Shown: piece by piece, positions 1 through 19,234 of the stretch
Layout: each line of letters starts with the position of its first letter
Numbering within the stretch: the stretch's first letter is position 1
Source of the DNA: the human T2T-CHM13v2.0 reference genome, Homo sapiens
DNA: 64,000 nucleotides
NCBI RefSeq assembly: GCF_009914755.1
Contig: NC_060928.1
Reading direction: 5' to 3' (one strand)
The notes under the pieces: generated by a model
Seen by the model: only the letters and a program-made list of their open reading frames with translations
Databases searched by the model: none
What the model was told of the DNA's origin: nothing
Made by a program: the position numbers and the translations under genes

Positions 1-311
1 CCACTTCATGGATTTAGGATACAAGAGGAACCTGAAGTTAAAGGACAGAACACCTAAACATACCTCCTGGTGAGACACCTTGCTTTTCTCCCAAACAACT
101 CAGGCTGGACAGACACAAAGATGTTATGGGGCGGGGCGGTGTGGGGGAGTCAGGCTAGTCCCAGGGAATTGTGGAGAGGAAGAGTCAGGTCTCAGAAGTA
201 AGCAAGTAGGACCTGATGCCTAAGCAGAGGGCCCTGGGGCTGTGTCCTATAGTAACATGGATGGGGCCAGAGACTGGAAAAGCCCCAGCAGAGAAGAATG
301 TTTTTCGTATT

Positions 312-485
312 TTTATCAGGGAGCTATTGACATTGTATATGGACTTGTTCTGCACATTTCAGTATATTTACTATCCCTGCCCTATGCCTACTAAATGCCA
401 CTAAATCCCGAAGTCACTGTGACTAGAAATGTCATGCACAGTTCCAAATGCCCACTAGGGGGCCTGTATCACCCTTGATTGCCAT
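312..485 (-). mobile_element. MER20/MER20B-like hAT-Charlie DNA transposon fragment
   Basis: ctactaaatgccactaaat...gtgactagaaatgtcatgcacagttccaaatgcccactagggggcctgtatcacccttgattg resembles the reverse of the MER20 5' half (recalled consensus). Confidence 0.6.
452..463 (+). promoter_or_regulatory. CTCF core motif candidate CCACTAGGGGGC
   Basis: Exact match to CCACYAGRKGGC, preceded by cagttcc resembling the upstream (ZF9-11) module. Confidence 0.55.
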
Positions 486-745
486 TTATCACATATTTGC
501 TAATAAACACACTTCCTGATTAATGTAGTGGGATACAATCGGATATCATAATTAATATTTCTCTTCTTCACAGGTTTTACAGTTTCTCTCCCAACCACCA
601 GGCATCCCTCTTCACCCACTAAATCAAAGCAATTGGTTGCTTCAGGATAAGGGTGACATAGCCAAGAACGAAGATGACAACTGCGTTTCTGAATGGAATT
701 TTAAAATCAAAGGTGAAACAGTAGGCTTTTTATTATAAGAGCCAG

Positions 746-781
746 GTTTTTGTTTTGTTTTGTTTTGTTTTGTTTTGTTTT
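746..781. repeat. (TTTTG)n microsatellite
   Basis: About 7 tandem TTTTG units read directly. Confidence 0.9.
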
Positions 782-1320
782 AAGAGAGGAAACAAGTTTT
801 CAAAGTTCTAAATAAGTTAGAGCTGGGAGGACTCAGGGCGGAGTGATTATACCATAAACCAAATCATCAGGAGGTATGAAGTTGTTTACCAAAAGAAAAT
901 AAAAGTTCAACTTGCTGAAAGAGAATCTGAGGGCATGTTGTCAGAGGCATTTGAACCAGAGTGCCTCCATCTTGAATAGGGGCTGGGTAAAATGAGGCTG
1001 AGAGCTACTGGGCTGCATTCCCAACAGGTTAGGCATTCTAAGTTACAGGATGAGAAAGGAGGTCAGCACAAGGTACAGGTCACAAAGACCTTGCTGATAA
1101 AACAGGTTGTGGTAAGGAAGCTGGTGAAAACCCACCAAAACCCACCAAAACCGAGACAGTGACGAGAATGACTTCTGGTCATCCTCGCTGTTCATTATAT
1201 GCTAATTATAATGCATTAGCATGCTAAAAGACACTCCCACCAGTGCCATGACAGTTTACAAATGCCATGGCAATGTCAGGAAGTTACCCTATATGATTTA
1301 AAAAGGGGAGGAACCCTCAA

Positions 1321-1350
1321 TTCTGGGAATTGCCCACCCCTTTCCCGGAA
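1321..1350. promoter_or_regulatory. Tandem GAS (STAT) motifs in MER41
   Basis: TTCTGGGAA at 1321-1329 and TTCCCGGAA at 1342-1350, both TTCnnnGAA. Confidence 0.65.
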
Positions 1351-1378
1351 AATTTATAAATAATCCACCCCTTGTTTA

Positions 1379-1678
<300 letters not shown>

Positions 1679-1729
1679 AAAGAGAGAAAGAGAGAGAGAG
1701 AAAGAAAGAGGGAGAGAGAGAGAGAGAGA

Positions 1730-1770
<41 letters not shown>
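1679..1770. repeat. (GA)n/(GAAA)n microsatellite derived from the Alu tail
   Basis: About 90 bp of purine-only GA repeat directly after the Alu 3' end. Confidence 0.95.
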
Positions 1771-1772
<2 letters not shown>

Positions 1773-2484
1773 ACCATAAGAACAGCCCAAGCAGCGGCCC
1801 ACGGGGCTGCTCTGCCTATGGAGCAGCCATTCTTTTTTCCTTTACTTTCCTAATAAACTTGCTTTCACTTTACGGATTTCTCTCGAATTCTTTCTTGCGT
1901 GAGATCCAAGAGCCCTCTCTTGGGGTCTGGATTGGGACCCCTTTCTAACAATGTGACTAGAATGTAGATGCTGGTAGGTGCCCAGGAAAGAACTGTACCC
2001 CCTTCCCACTTTCCTCAATCAGCTAAGAAGGCAGGAAATTCCCCAGGGGGATAGTGAAGACTTTAGAGCAGAGAGGGTCTTCGCCTTGCTTCCAGCAGGC
2101 CTCACTGAGAGGCCCCCGCTCACCACACACGGAGGAAGGTGTCTCAAACAGATACTCCTCCCCACTCTCCAGGACACTGAACATCCCACAGTTTCAGAAG
2201 CCTCCCCACCAAAGCAATACAGAAGTGGGTAAAAGTGGGCAGGGCCTTGTGGTGGGAGTGAGGCTAGCAGACACAGAGCTGCAGGGAAAGGGGCTGACCG
2301 CCAAAGGCTAGCGGGAATGGCCCATGCCAGCACATCCTGAGTCAGATGCCTCTGAGGTCTATACAACATAAATCCCCAGGAAAAAAGAAGGAAAAGAAAG
2401 ATGGGCGAAACCTTGGACCAACTTAATTTAAATATGTAAATTGCAAAGTTCTCATAGAAGGTTAAGTTTTTGTGGGAAAGGAGC

Positions 2485-3145
<661 letters not shown>

Positions 3146-3257
3146 GAGGCTTAGCAACCAAGAGCAGTACTGAGGACATAAAGAGTCCATGAAATTTATC
3201 CTCAATATACCAGTGAGTATTTATACCATCTTTTTTTTTTTATTTTTATTATGACCA

Positions 3258-3525
<268 letters not shown>

Positions 3526-3692
3526 TATCCCCTCTTTATTTAAGCCCTTTAAATTCGCAGGGAGTACCTAATGTCAAATATCAGCAGTTTAGTTTGTTCA
3601 GGATTAATTATTTGTGTAGTTTTGATGACTATGTATTGAAAACAAGTGCTCCTTTTACTTCTGTGTGATTGCAAATACCACTGAAGTAGCCC

Positions 3693-3783
3693 CTAACTAT
3701 ATAGGGGCCGAAAATTGCCATTATCTAATCCATTGATCATCTAATCTATTGATAATGGCAATTTTCAGCCCCTATGTAGTTAG
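3693..3783. repeat. 33-bp inverted repeat with 25-nt spacer
   Basis: ctaactatataggggccgaaaattgccattatc (3693-3725) vs reverse complement of 3751-3783, 31/33 match. Confidence 0.9.
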
Positions 3784-4391
3784 ACAGATTGCAGTCTGTC
3801 CAATTTTATTTTTATTTTTTACACTTATTGAATTAGAAAAGCATGTCCATTTTTAAAGCAATGAAATATCTACTCCATATTTGTGCTAAGTATAGTTTTA
3901 AAATTAACTATCACAAATAAAACAGCAGCTTAGACTTCAGGGTAGTTTTCTTCCTAAGAAATTCCTAAATTTCTTAGGAATTCTCAATTTCTAAATTGCA
4001 AACCACAGTATAAATTCAGAAAATTCCACTTTAGATTTGAATACAGCTCCAGGAGAGGATGATTGTCTCTTTGTTATACTCTTTAGAGGTTTGTTTTTTT
4101 TTTAATCTGTCATTACATTCAGATTTTAAATTCAATAAACATACACGATATACATCTCTTTGGAGGTGACCAAAACAGACATTCCTCTTATTTCACACAC
4201 ACCAAGTAAGCCTACAGTTAATGTTGCTTTGATACTGATGAGAAACTCGTATTTTATGTTAGCAATTTCTACTTTTCTGTCTCCCCAGAAAATAATAGAA
4301 TTTTAACTTCTTTTCAAAGAATGCCAAAATAGTCTGGAAAAAAACCCAAAAATCCAAGAAAACAAAACCCCGAAAAACAACAAAAGTCTTA

Positions 4392-4704
<313 letters not shown>

Positions 4705-4845
4705 GTCTTAAGCTTTCATAAGCACATAATCAGATCTTTCCATCTTTCATGGGGACCGTTGATTGGTAAATTCTGTTTTATGTTACAAAAGAGCAAAGTG
4801 GCTGTGTTCTAATACAGTTCTAGTTTTGCAACAAAAGTCTTGTAA

Positions 4846-5343
<498 letters not shown>

Positions 5344-5470
5344 TGATAGCCTTGTATTTCATTCTATTGCTTATGAGCTTTGTATTCTGCTTTTGTGTTT
5401 GTTTTACTTTTCAGTGAAAATAAATAAATAGCTCAAGTGGGATCTATGCTTTAGTTATGTAAAGAATAGA

Positions 5471-5800
5471 TTGCAGCAACATGGAATCAGCTGGAGGCCA
5501 TTATCCCAAGCGAATTAACGTGGAAACAGAAAACCAAATACAGCATGATCTCACTTATAAGAGGGAGCTAAACATTGAGTACACATGGACACAGAGATGG
5601 GAACAATAGACACGGGGTTTACTTGAGCGCGGAGGGTGAAAGGAGGGTGAGGAGCAGAAAACTACCTACCGGGTACTGTGCTCACTACCTGGGTGATGAA
5701 ATCTTTGTACATCGAACCCCAGCAACACACAATTTACCCACATAACAAACCTGCACATGTACCCCCAAACCTAAAATAAAAGTTAGAAGGAAAAAAAAAA
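5471..5800 (+). mobile_element. 5'-truncated L1 3' end (older L1PA/L1PB type)
   Basis: gcagcaacatgg..ctggaggccattatc..gaaaaccaaatac..ctcacttataag..aacaaacctgcacatgtacccc..aaaataaaagt plus A tail; TSD aaagaata. Confidence 0.88.
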
Positions 5801-6266
5801 GAATAAAGAGAGAAGACTTCTTAGACTCCTTAATCATATTATTTTTGTTCTCTGGGTAAAGATGGCTGAGGCCTGATGGCCTGATAGACTGATAGAAAGA
5901 CAGTTATGAATTTAGAATTTCTTCTCTTCTTTTGATCACTTCATTCAGCAAGTAACGAGAGACACATAAAACAAAATTCTAAGGACTAAGTTAAGCTCAA
6001 TATTTAAAGTCCAAGAAAACTGTGAGTTAAAAACTGGATATTAGGCACTGAACAGGACAAGTAACATATTTCTTGTACTTTTAACTGCTTTTTCAAACAA
6101 ATTAAAACGGATAGGAAGCTCTTGGGAAACTCTTTTCAGTCATTGCAAAAAAATAGCTCAACCTATCCTAATCTGGCAAAGATTTAGAGGGCCTAAATTC
6201 CTAAAAGCATTAGGGGATTTTTTTTCCCCCTAGTTCCCAAGTATGCTGTATAAGAGTAATTTCTGT

Positions 6267-6593
<327 letters not shown>

Positions 6594-7284
6594 TCAGAGT
6601 TAAAACATCTTTATATTCATTTGATATACTCTATGAGTGCATTTGCAGCCTTTAAAAGAGACGGTTGCTTAAGCTGACACTGCAGAGCATTGCAAGAAGT
6701 GTTGATTAAAATCTCCACATTTGTTCTGAGTTTGTGAATTCCAAGGAGGTTGGCTAATAGCAAGTAGTGGCTCTTCCACAGCTACTCAGCCCTGGATCAT
6801 GGCCACCTGTGTGTCATTCCTATGCAATGACTGTTGTTAATATTTTGGTGCATATCTTTCAAATCTTTTCCTTTCATTGTAGATATTTTTTAATTTGCAA
6901 AGTCGATCTCATAGCCTTACTTTCTATTTTATAATTTTTTTCACCAACAACATGTGATTGATTTTTTAAAAACCATGTTCAACACTGTAAGATTATTCAT
7001 CATCTCTCCTAGTTATAACATAATTTATTAGTTTCCTGTTGTTGGACACTTAGGCTATTTTAAATTTTTGCCTAGTGTAAATATTGTTGTGATTCACATC
7101 CTTGAACTTAAATCTTTGGGTACAGCCTGATTATATTCTATAGATAAGTTTCTTGAAGTAATGTTACTGAGTCAAATGGCAAATGTTACCACCATGAGAT
7201 AATCATTGGAAATAATCTGGTGCATATTTTTGCTCTGTTTTGAAAAATTAATGTGTATGTACACAAATGTAAGTTTATATAACC

Positions 7285-8251
<967 letters not shown>

Positions 8252-8284
8252 TAACTTTTTTAAAAAGTTGTTGTGTTATGTATG

Positions 8285-8900
8285 GGGGGCTGTATTGAAG
8301 GTTTTTAAGCAGAGGAATGACATGATCTGATTTTCATTTTAGAAGAATCATTCTGGCTGCTATGCTTCAAATAGACTGCAGGGAGCAAAGATAGAAGAAA
8401 AGATAAAAGCAGGGAGTCTATTTCAGTAATCCAGGAGAGAGATAATAGTGGCTTGCAGCAGGAGACAGCAGTGGTGGGAGTGAATGGTGGTCAGATTCTG
8501 GATATATTTTTGCAGGAAGACAGATTGCACGTGGGGTATGAGAGAAAGAAAGGAGTTCAGATTAACTCCAAGTTTTTTAGATTTGAACAATGAAGGATGA
8601 TGTTGACATCAAGTGACAGGGAAAAGGCTAAAGATGGAGCAGGTTTGGAAAGAGAAAAGAACAAGAGGTCAGTTTGGAGATAATAAGTTTGAGATATCAA
8701 TTAAGTATCCACATGGAGATGTCCAGAAGGCTGTTGAATAGATGAGTCTGGAGTTCTGGAGTGAACAGGCAGGCATTAGAAATATAAATTTGGAAATTAT
8801 TAGCATATGGATGGTTTGTAAAGCCAGGAGACTGAGTGAGATTACAAAGGGAGATACAGACAAAGAGAAGAGAACCAAGACTCAGAAGAAGGAGCATTTC
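8285..8900 (-). mobile_element. L2 fragment
   Basis: ggaatgacatgatctga..gtaatccaggagagagat..ggagatgtccagaaggctgttgaatagatgagtctggagt, reverse L2 ORF2/3' region. Confidence 0.8.
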
Positions 8901-9589
8901 AACATGAAGAGCACTTACCATGCACCAGGTAAGGTTCTATGTGCTTTGCATAGATTCTAGGTTGACTCGTTTAATGTCTAAAAGAACTCAGTGAAGAGGT
9001 ATAGTTTAGTATAGAGGTTCCATTTAGCAGAGGAAGAATCAGAGGCACAGAAAGATTGTCAGTAAATGGATAAATTATTTCATGATATGAGTTGATAAAT
9101 CAGTTTTACCTTCCTTATTGAATAATGCAAAGTTAATCTGAAATAAGTCATGTAAAATTTTTTTGCACAGGTTTTCTTCAGTATGTTTCAAAAATCTTAG
9201 TAGTACTAGAAGACATTTCAGTTATATTTTAAATAATTAGCATGACTAATCTGTTCAAAGTACTTTTCTTTCCAGCTGACAACACGTTTTAGGAAAGAAG
9301 ATTGAAGGGGGTAAAGAAAAAATGCTTATGTTCAAATTAGAAAAAAGGAGAGCCATTTTTAGTGTTCAGCATTTCTAAAAGACACTGTCTTTAATTGCTT
9401 TCACATATATCTTCCTTAAGAACCATGCATTCTCTAATTATATTTAGGGATGGGAGAGGTAAATCAATAAAGAGAAATTGTCATTACTCCTACTACCTCA
9501 CCCCATAATATATATTCAGAACTTCGCAAAGGGGCAGTTTCTAAGGCTATAACTTGTCCTTAACACAAATGTGCATTAGGCAGGGAAAG

Positions 9590-10495
9590 ACAAAAAGCAT
9601 GATGGTGGGGTAGTTCCTACAGAAGGCTTCCAGTTGAAAAAAATATTTCAAATCATCCCTTTGGTACTATGGATATTTTTATATCTTGAGACCAAGATAC
9701 AGGATACATAAATTTGCAGTGCTCTCTTCTACCTTCTCCTCTTCCTTGGGAAAAAGGTTAATGTGAAAGGGGAGGTGGAAAAGGAGAATCTGCAAGACAT
9801 TTTTTCAGGCAGATCAATTTTGGGAAAAAGGAGAAATAGAAGTTGAGGATCTGGAAATAAATTACCCATACCAGTTGTCCTTGGAAAGTCTTTACATATA
9901 TTTGGGGATTCCTATAACTCAGGTTAAATACTGTTGTCTTAAATAACCCCAATATGGAGGGAGAAAAGAGAGTTATCTAAAAAAACCAGGAGTGATTGTA
10001 GAAGCATTCCTCTACTGAACACAAAATATGAGACAATGGACAGGTGTGTAAACTTACCTGATACTAGACAGCAGCATGACCCTTGAATAATAATACCAGG
10101 AAAAGCAGAATCCAGGATGAGTTTAGAGGTGTGAAAAATAACCAAAAATCCCCAGAAGAGTCTTTTCAAGGTCATGCTCTTACAGAAGAACAAAAACAAA
10201 AAGACTCTGTTCAGGGAAAGATGATGTAATATTGAAAAGATAACAGAGAAAGCAGAACTAACATCTCTTTTTTTCTGTTCTCTCAGTAACTATCTTCAAA
10301 TGGAAAGGTTAAAAGAAGAACGGTCAAGAGTGAAACTAAAGCCAAGGCAGGTAAGAAATAAGAGGAGCTTTTAAAAACACTTAGTTATTTTAATAATGTA
10401 TTTAATTTATTCCCAGATAAAGTATATCCTAAGATATTGAGAGAACTTGGGTTGTAATCATGCAACTAATGTTAAGTCTTAGAAAGTAATTTTAT
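9590..10495 (+). mobile_element. L3/CR1-like ancient LINE fragment
   Basis: cccagataaagtatatcctaagatattgagagaactt resembles the CR1 PGPD-HPRVLREL coding segment; highly degraded. Confidence 0.45.
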
Positions 10496-10497
10496 GG

Positions 10498-10809
<312 letters not shown>

Positions 10810-11122
10810 TTATGAACAGAAAGTCAGCATAGATTCATTAAGAATCAATACTGTCAAACTAACCTTACATAAATCTAAGTAATAAAACGTAATAAACTCA
10901 ACACCTAAGAACTCATTACTCAACTTAAGACCTAGGCTTTGTATCTTTTTTCACTAAACATTATATTGGAGCATTTCTCCTATGTCATTAAGTATTCTCC
11001 TACACTGTAATTTCAAAGATCCACATAGTGCCCAATTATATTAATATTTTCTAAGTTACTTAAGCAATTCATCTTGGTCAAGTCTAAACTGTTTCAAATT
11101 TTTGGCTTACAAAAATCAAGCT

Positions 11123-11587
<465 letters not shown>

Positions 11588-11851
11588 GTCATTAGTTTTT
11601 TTTAATCATGTAGGAGTTATGATCATTTTACATAAAACTTCGTAAATTATTTTTAGAAATTTAGGTTAAATTCTCAGAAGAGGAATAAATGAATCAAAGG
11701 GCAAAACATTTCAAAAGTCTTTTAATAAGCACCATCAAAATTGTCTCTAGAAAGATGTACCTATGTATAGTCTCACCAACAATATATGAGTGCCTATCTT
11801 TCTAACTCTTATCAATAATGGAAAACTTTGGTAGAAAAACCCTTCTTTGGT

Positions 11852-12020
11852 AATTTTTTATTGTGGTAAATACACATAATACATATTTTACCACTTTAAC
11901 CATATTTAAGTGTATAATTCAGTGGCATTAAGTACATTCATAAGGTTGTACAACCATCACTACTATCCATTTACAGAACTTTTTCATTATCCCAGTAGAA
12001 ACTCTATACCCACGAAACAA
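11852..12020 (-). mobile_element. L1MB-type 3' end fragment
   Basis: ttattgtggtaaatacacataa..ttaagtgtataattcagtggcattaagtacattca..caaccatcactactatccattt. Confidence 0.78.
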
Positions 12021-12127
12021 AGAAAAAGTTAAAAATATTTCTTCAATTTTGCCACTCTTTTGCTACATGTTCTTCAATCCCATCAGTAGTACTCTTCCCT
12101 CTTCCTAAGATATTGGAATTCGAATGA

Positions 12128-12540
12128 ATTAGTCAGAATAGGAAAGGCTATTCTGTGGTAACAAACAATTCTAAAATCTTCTGGCTTACACTACAGAAAT
12201 CTATTTCTCACTCAAGTTACAAATTCTGTGCCAGTCAGTGAGTGTCTCTGCTTCACACAGTCTTTCAGAGTTCCAGGCTAATACAGGGTCCAAACATTTC
12301 ATAGATTTTCTATCAGGAACTGGGGGATTTCATAGTTACAAAGGCAGGACAAGAACATACCGGAGAGCCTTGCACCAGAAATTAAATGCTTCGGTTGAAA
12401 AATCACGCATTTCCCTTCCACTAGAGCCAGAAGAACACAGTTAAAATGAGTAACACAACAGGGGCTAGAAAGTCTATCCCTCCCTTGGGCCCTAGAAGAG
12501 AGAACTGGATATGGGTGAGTACCAGAAGTCTCTATATCTT
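12128..12540. mobile_element. Old MLT1 MaLR LTR remnant
   Basis: ttagtcagaatagg..ggctattctgtggtaacaaacaattctaaaatcttctggctta..tttctcactca, typical of MLT1I-L. Confidence 0.55.
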
Positions 12541-12594
12541 CATTCACATCCGCATTATATAAAGCTGGCTTCATAACTCCTTAGAAAGTTCTCT

Positions 12595-12890
<296 letters not shown>

Positions 12891-13223
12891 CAAAGTTTTA
12901 TTTTCTATTAATGGAGATCACACATTAATGTTTCATTTTTACCCAAGAAATCCTGAAATAAGAAAATAAAATAAAACAATTAATTTAGAAGAACAGCCAT
13001 TTGACATAAGTGAAAAGTCACGTTTCACAGAGTGGTATGTAAACATCCTGTTGTAGCTAAACATGTTAAATTGCCATCTTTGGGCCTAGCTTTCTTAATA
13101 ACTTCTACTTTTTGAAGTAGATGCAGATGTTTTCCAGCAGCCTTGGACCCTCTGGTTTTCATGTGATTAGTCATGTCACAGAAGAAACCCCATGGTGGAT
13201 GATAAACGTTAAAACTCTTTACA

Positions 13224-13548
<325 letters not shown>

Positions 13549-14046
13549 TCATGAGCAGCTTTTTTGAGAAATGGGATATCAGTACTTCATTTTTCGTTAA
13601 ATATACTCTCTTCCCTTTAACACATTTCTGCCAAAAGCTTTTGTTTTTGCAAAAAAAAAAAAGTATTACCAAACCATAAAGATTTTAATAGCTGTAGATT
13701 TGTATAATATAATAAAGGACAAATAGCTATAGCAATAGGGTTCTACCACTCTCTATGAGCTCTATGGCAGCTCTGCTCAGCCTCCATTTTCTTGTACATC
13801 TTACACTCAACCTGTAATTTTCTATGCTTCCTGTTGACCCTGCTGACTGGCCTGGCAACTTCGTTCATCATGCAGGTTACTGCCCGGGCCACTCTGAAAC
13901 TAGTTGGTACACCAAAATAGCCAGCAAGGTTAGCAGTATCAACTGCTTCTCCTCTGGCCAATAATACTGCAAGGGGTAGCTGTCTCTACCCGATTGTATC
14001 TCAGAGAGCTTCATTTTATCAGCAAGTATCCTTCTTACTATTCTTA

Positions 14047-14375
<329 letters not shown>

Positions 14376-14470
14376 GGAGTGAAATGGGTTATCCTTGGTC
14401 ATCTGTCAGATTATCCACGTGTTAAAGTGAGAACTCTGTTCACTGCACATGTGTCTCACGCTACTACTAG

Positions 14471-15095
<625 letters not shown>

Positions 15096-15996
15096 ACAAA
15101 ATCCAGGGGAAACAGGCCAAACGAAGCGCATGCCAGGACAATAGGTATAAAGCAGACCAGTTCCAAACAAAAGAGGATTTAAGGTCATGCTACTTAGAAC
15201 TAAATAATCTAAGATGATAACTTAATGACTTGTTTCTCCAGTGTGTGCCATGAACCACCAGGTTCCCCTTTTAGAATATAAATGGGAGTGTTCTGTTTTC
15301 TGTTCAATCTCAGCCAGATAATCGATTCTAAACACCCCATGACTTCCCTGAAGGTCTGTTTCCTTCTACTACCAATCTAGGAGTCTACTAATCTCTGGTT
15401 GCAAGGAAGAAACACTGATTCTGTCAACTTAAGCAAAAGGGTATTTGATTTGAAGCATACGGAGGTGTTAAGGAAGTCTTAAAGAACCAGCTTTGGAAGA
15501 AGCCTGGTAGCCTCCCCAGCAGCAGGTCTATTTCAACACTCCTGGCTGGAAAAGATGAACTCTGTTTCTTCTGTCAGTGCTTTACTACGTTCAAAAGTCA
15601 AAGTCTTGGGAAAGTCTGGTTGGCCAAGCTTAGGTCACGTGCCCAGCCCTTGGCTGTGGCAGGTCTGAGAGGAAAGATTTATAGAACAAACCTCTAGGGA
15701 TCTCTCTGGATTCCCTAGCATGAGGCAGGCACAGGAATTTTACAAAGACTACATGTTATGTGGGAAAATGATTACCCCGGTGGAAATCATGGTAAAGTTG
15801 GGAAGTGGGAATGAATGCTGGGCATTCCGAAATGCCAGTGTCCATTATTTAGAGTAAAAACGATCATTTTAATGGCATCAAAGCACATAAACCCAGGATT
15901 CCTATTGAATTAATATATGCTGATTTATTTTACTATTTTCTAATTGTTAAGTGGCTGCTGCATTCTTTTTTTCTTTACTGCAACAAATAGCCTTAA

Positions 15997-16632
<636 letters not shown>

Positions 16633-17049
16633 GAGAAGATATGAATTTCAATGTGGGAGGACTGGAGAATCTCCCCCACATACCCACCCTCCCTCTTCCC
16701 CATCCCAGTTTCAGTAGGAACGCCCACTTCTCAACCAGGCTGTCAGGCTGGCTGGAGGAAGCAGCAGTGTGCTTTGTTTTAGAATTATCCTCTTGTCAGC
16801 TTATTCTGCATGGCTAGAGTATATCAGATTGTAAACGCTTGAGTTGAGGGACTTTTTCGCCTTAGCACTTGCTTACCACAGTGCTTTCCCCACCCCGTGT
16901 ACTCAATCAATATTTGCTGACCAAATATCCCTAGTTAATTGTACTAGTTCTAAAACTTCCTTGAGGTCCTAAACTCTTCCAAGCTTTGATGCCCAGAAGT
17001 ACTGGAAAAGGTGAGCTCTCCTGAGAAAAAAAGCAGCGAAGCCCGAAGC

Positions 17050-17540
17050 CCACGCTCAGTGTTCTCAAGGATAGAAGCAGGGCTGGTGCTGAGCAGGTAG
17101 GATGGGCCCTCACTCCCTCTTCAGCCTCATCTCAGCCCGTGCTGCTCCCGCCACATGGCCACAGTTTCAGCTACTTGTACTGGTTCTTCCACAAATCCTC
17201 CTCTGGGAACGCTTCTTCCCTCTGCACATCACATCCACTTCACCTCTGTCCATTCACTCTTGGTGCTTCAGGTCTCAGCTCAGTTGTCACATCCTCACTG
17301 ACATCTCAGAATAGTCCAAAGTCCCCTGAAGAGCAGGCTTCTTCCTAGTGCTTACCAGAGATTTCACTTGACATTTATATTTGCAATGTTTTGATATATT
17401 TTCTTTCACTCTGATTGGAGGATATTAGTCCATGAGATCATGAATCATGCTAGGTTTTTGTTTGTTTGTTTGTTTTTGCTATTGCTGTCCCAGTTCTAGG
17501 ATAGTACCTGGCACATAATGGGTGCTTAGTAAATGCTGGA
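17050..17540 (+). mobile_element. L2 3' fragment
   Basis: ctctgggaacgcttcttccc..caggtctcagctcagttgtcacatcctc..cctggcacataatgggtgcttagtaaat. Confidence 0.65.
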
Positions 17541-17554
17541 GGCACAAGTAGTAG

Positions 17555-17875
<321 letters not shown>

Positions 17876-18154
17876 CAAGTAGTAGTTTCTGCACACCACA
17901 CTGCACTGGTGCACCCACTGCAATCCTGGAATATACAGAGATCCTGGGGTGACTCTCAGCAGAGCATACCCAGCTTAGTGTTCATAGCATAGCCTTTCTC
18001 AAATTTCATTACTCAGACTGCTAGTCACAAACTCTCAATAGAGGTGGTATGAAGAAAAAGGTTCTTTTAAAAATATAGGTGTAATTAAAATGTCAAACAT
18101 ATTTGGACCATTATTATTATTCTGTGAGACCATATGTCTTTAAGGAAAGGGTAT

Positions 18155-18461
18155 GGCTGGGTGCAGTGACTCACGCCTGTAATCCCAGCACTTTGGGAGG
18201 TAGAGGCGGGTGGATCACCTGAGGTCAGGAGTTCAAGACCAGCCTGGCCAACATAGTGAAACCCCGTCTCTACTAAAAATACAAAAATTAGCCGAGCATG
18301 ATGGCGCATGCCTGTAATCCCAGCTACTTGGTAGGCTGAGGCGGAAAAATCACTTGATCCCGGAAGGGAGGCGAGGGTTGCAGTGAGCCAAGATAGCGCC
18401 ACGGCACTCTAGCCTGGGTGACAGACAGAGACTCCATCTCAAAAAAAAAAAAAAAAAAAAA
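18155..18461 (+). mobile_element. AluSx-like
   Basis: Full sense Alu with A tail. Confidence 0.93.
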
Positions 18462-19234
18462 GAAAAGGTTATTATAGGAAGACGAGTGACATAAAGGGGG
18501 AGATGAAGGAGTCCTTTACTCTTCCTTCATTATGCTTTCTTTCTAAGCGTGCAGTTCAGTGGCATTAAGTATATTCACATTGTTGTACAAGCATCACCAT
18601 TATACTTTTATAGGTTACCAGTTCACAAACTCGTTGTGTAGTATCCTCATATCTTGTTGGATCAGCCTGCCCCATGCTCAAAGGTGACCCCTTAATGGCC
18701 CAAGCTACTTGGCATTACCCCCTTCTTGGGCTCAGTGATCAATTGAGCGGCAGGCCTCCAGGTCCAAGGGACTCAGGGAATGGCAGTCTCCTGAAATGCT
18801 TTGATTCCCAGATTAAAGTAGTTGTGATAAGGGAGCAACTTTCTAGCTCAGGAAGGGGTATTGTCTCACCTGTAGGTGAGTCTGGAAATGTTGATGCTAT
18901 TTGGTTCTCATGAAGGAAGCTTTCTGGAGGCTGAAGTCAATTCCTAGAAGGCAAGCAGAGCCAAGAGAATCATAGAGAAATGGAGCTGGAGTGCTGATAA
19001 CTGCTTCAGAAGCTTCAACTACCTCGCTGTGGAGGTTTTCAGTGATGTGTTTCAATAATTAAGCTATTTTGGCATTTTTGTTTCTTTTTGTGTTTTGTTT
19101 TTAATACTTGTGAGAGAAAGCAGCTTTACACAGTCTGCAAGAGACCCAAATAATTATTTTAAATTTCTTCTATTTACATAATTTAGTTTTTGGCATAGCT
19201 GTAATTTATATACCTCACTCACAAAGGTGTCAGC

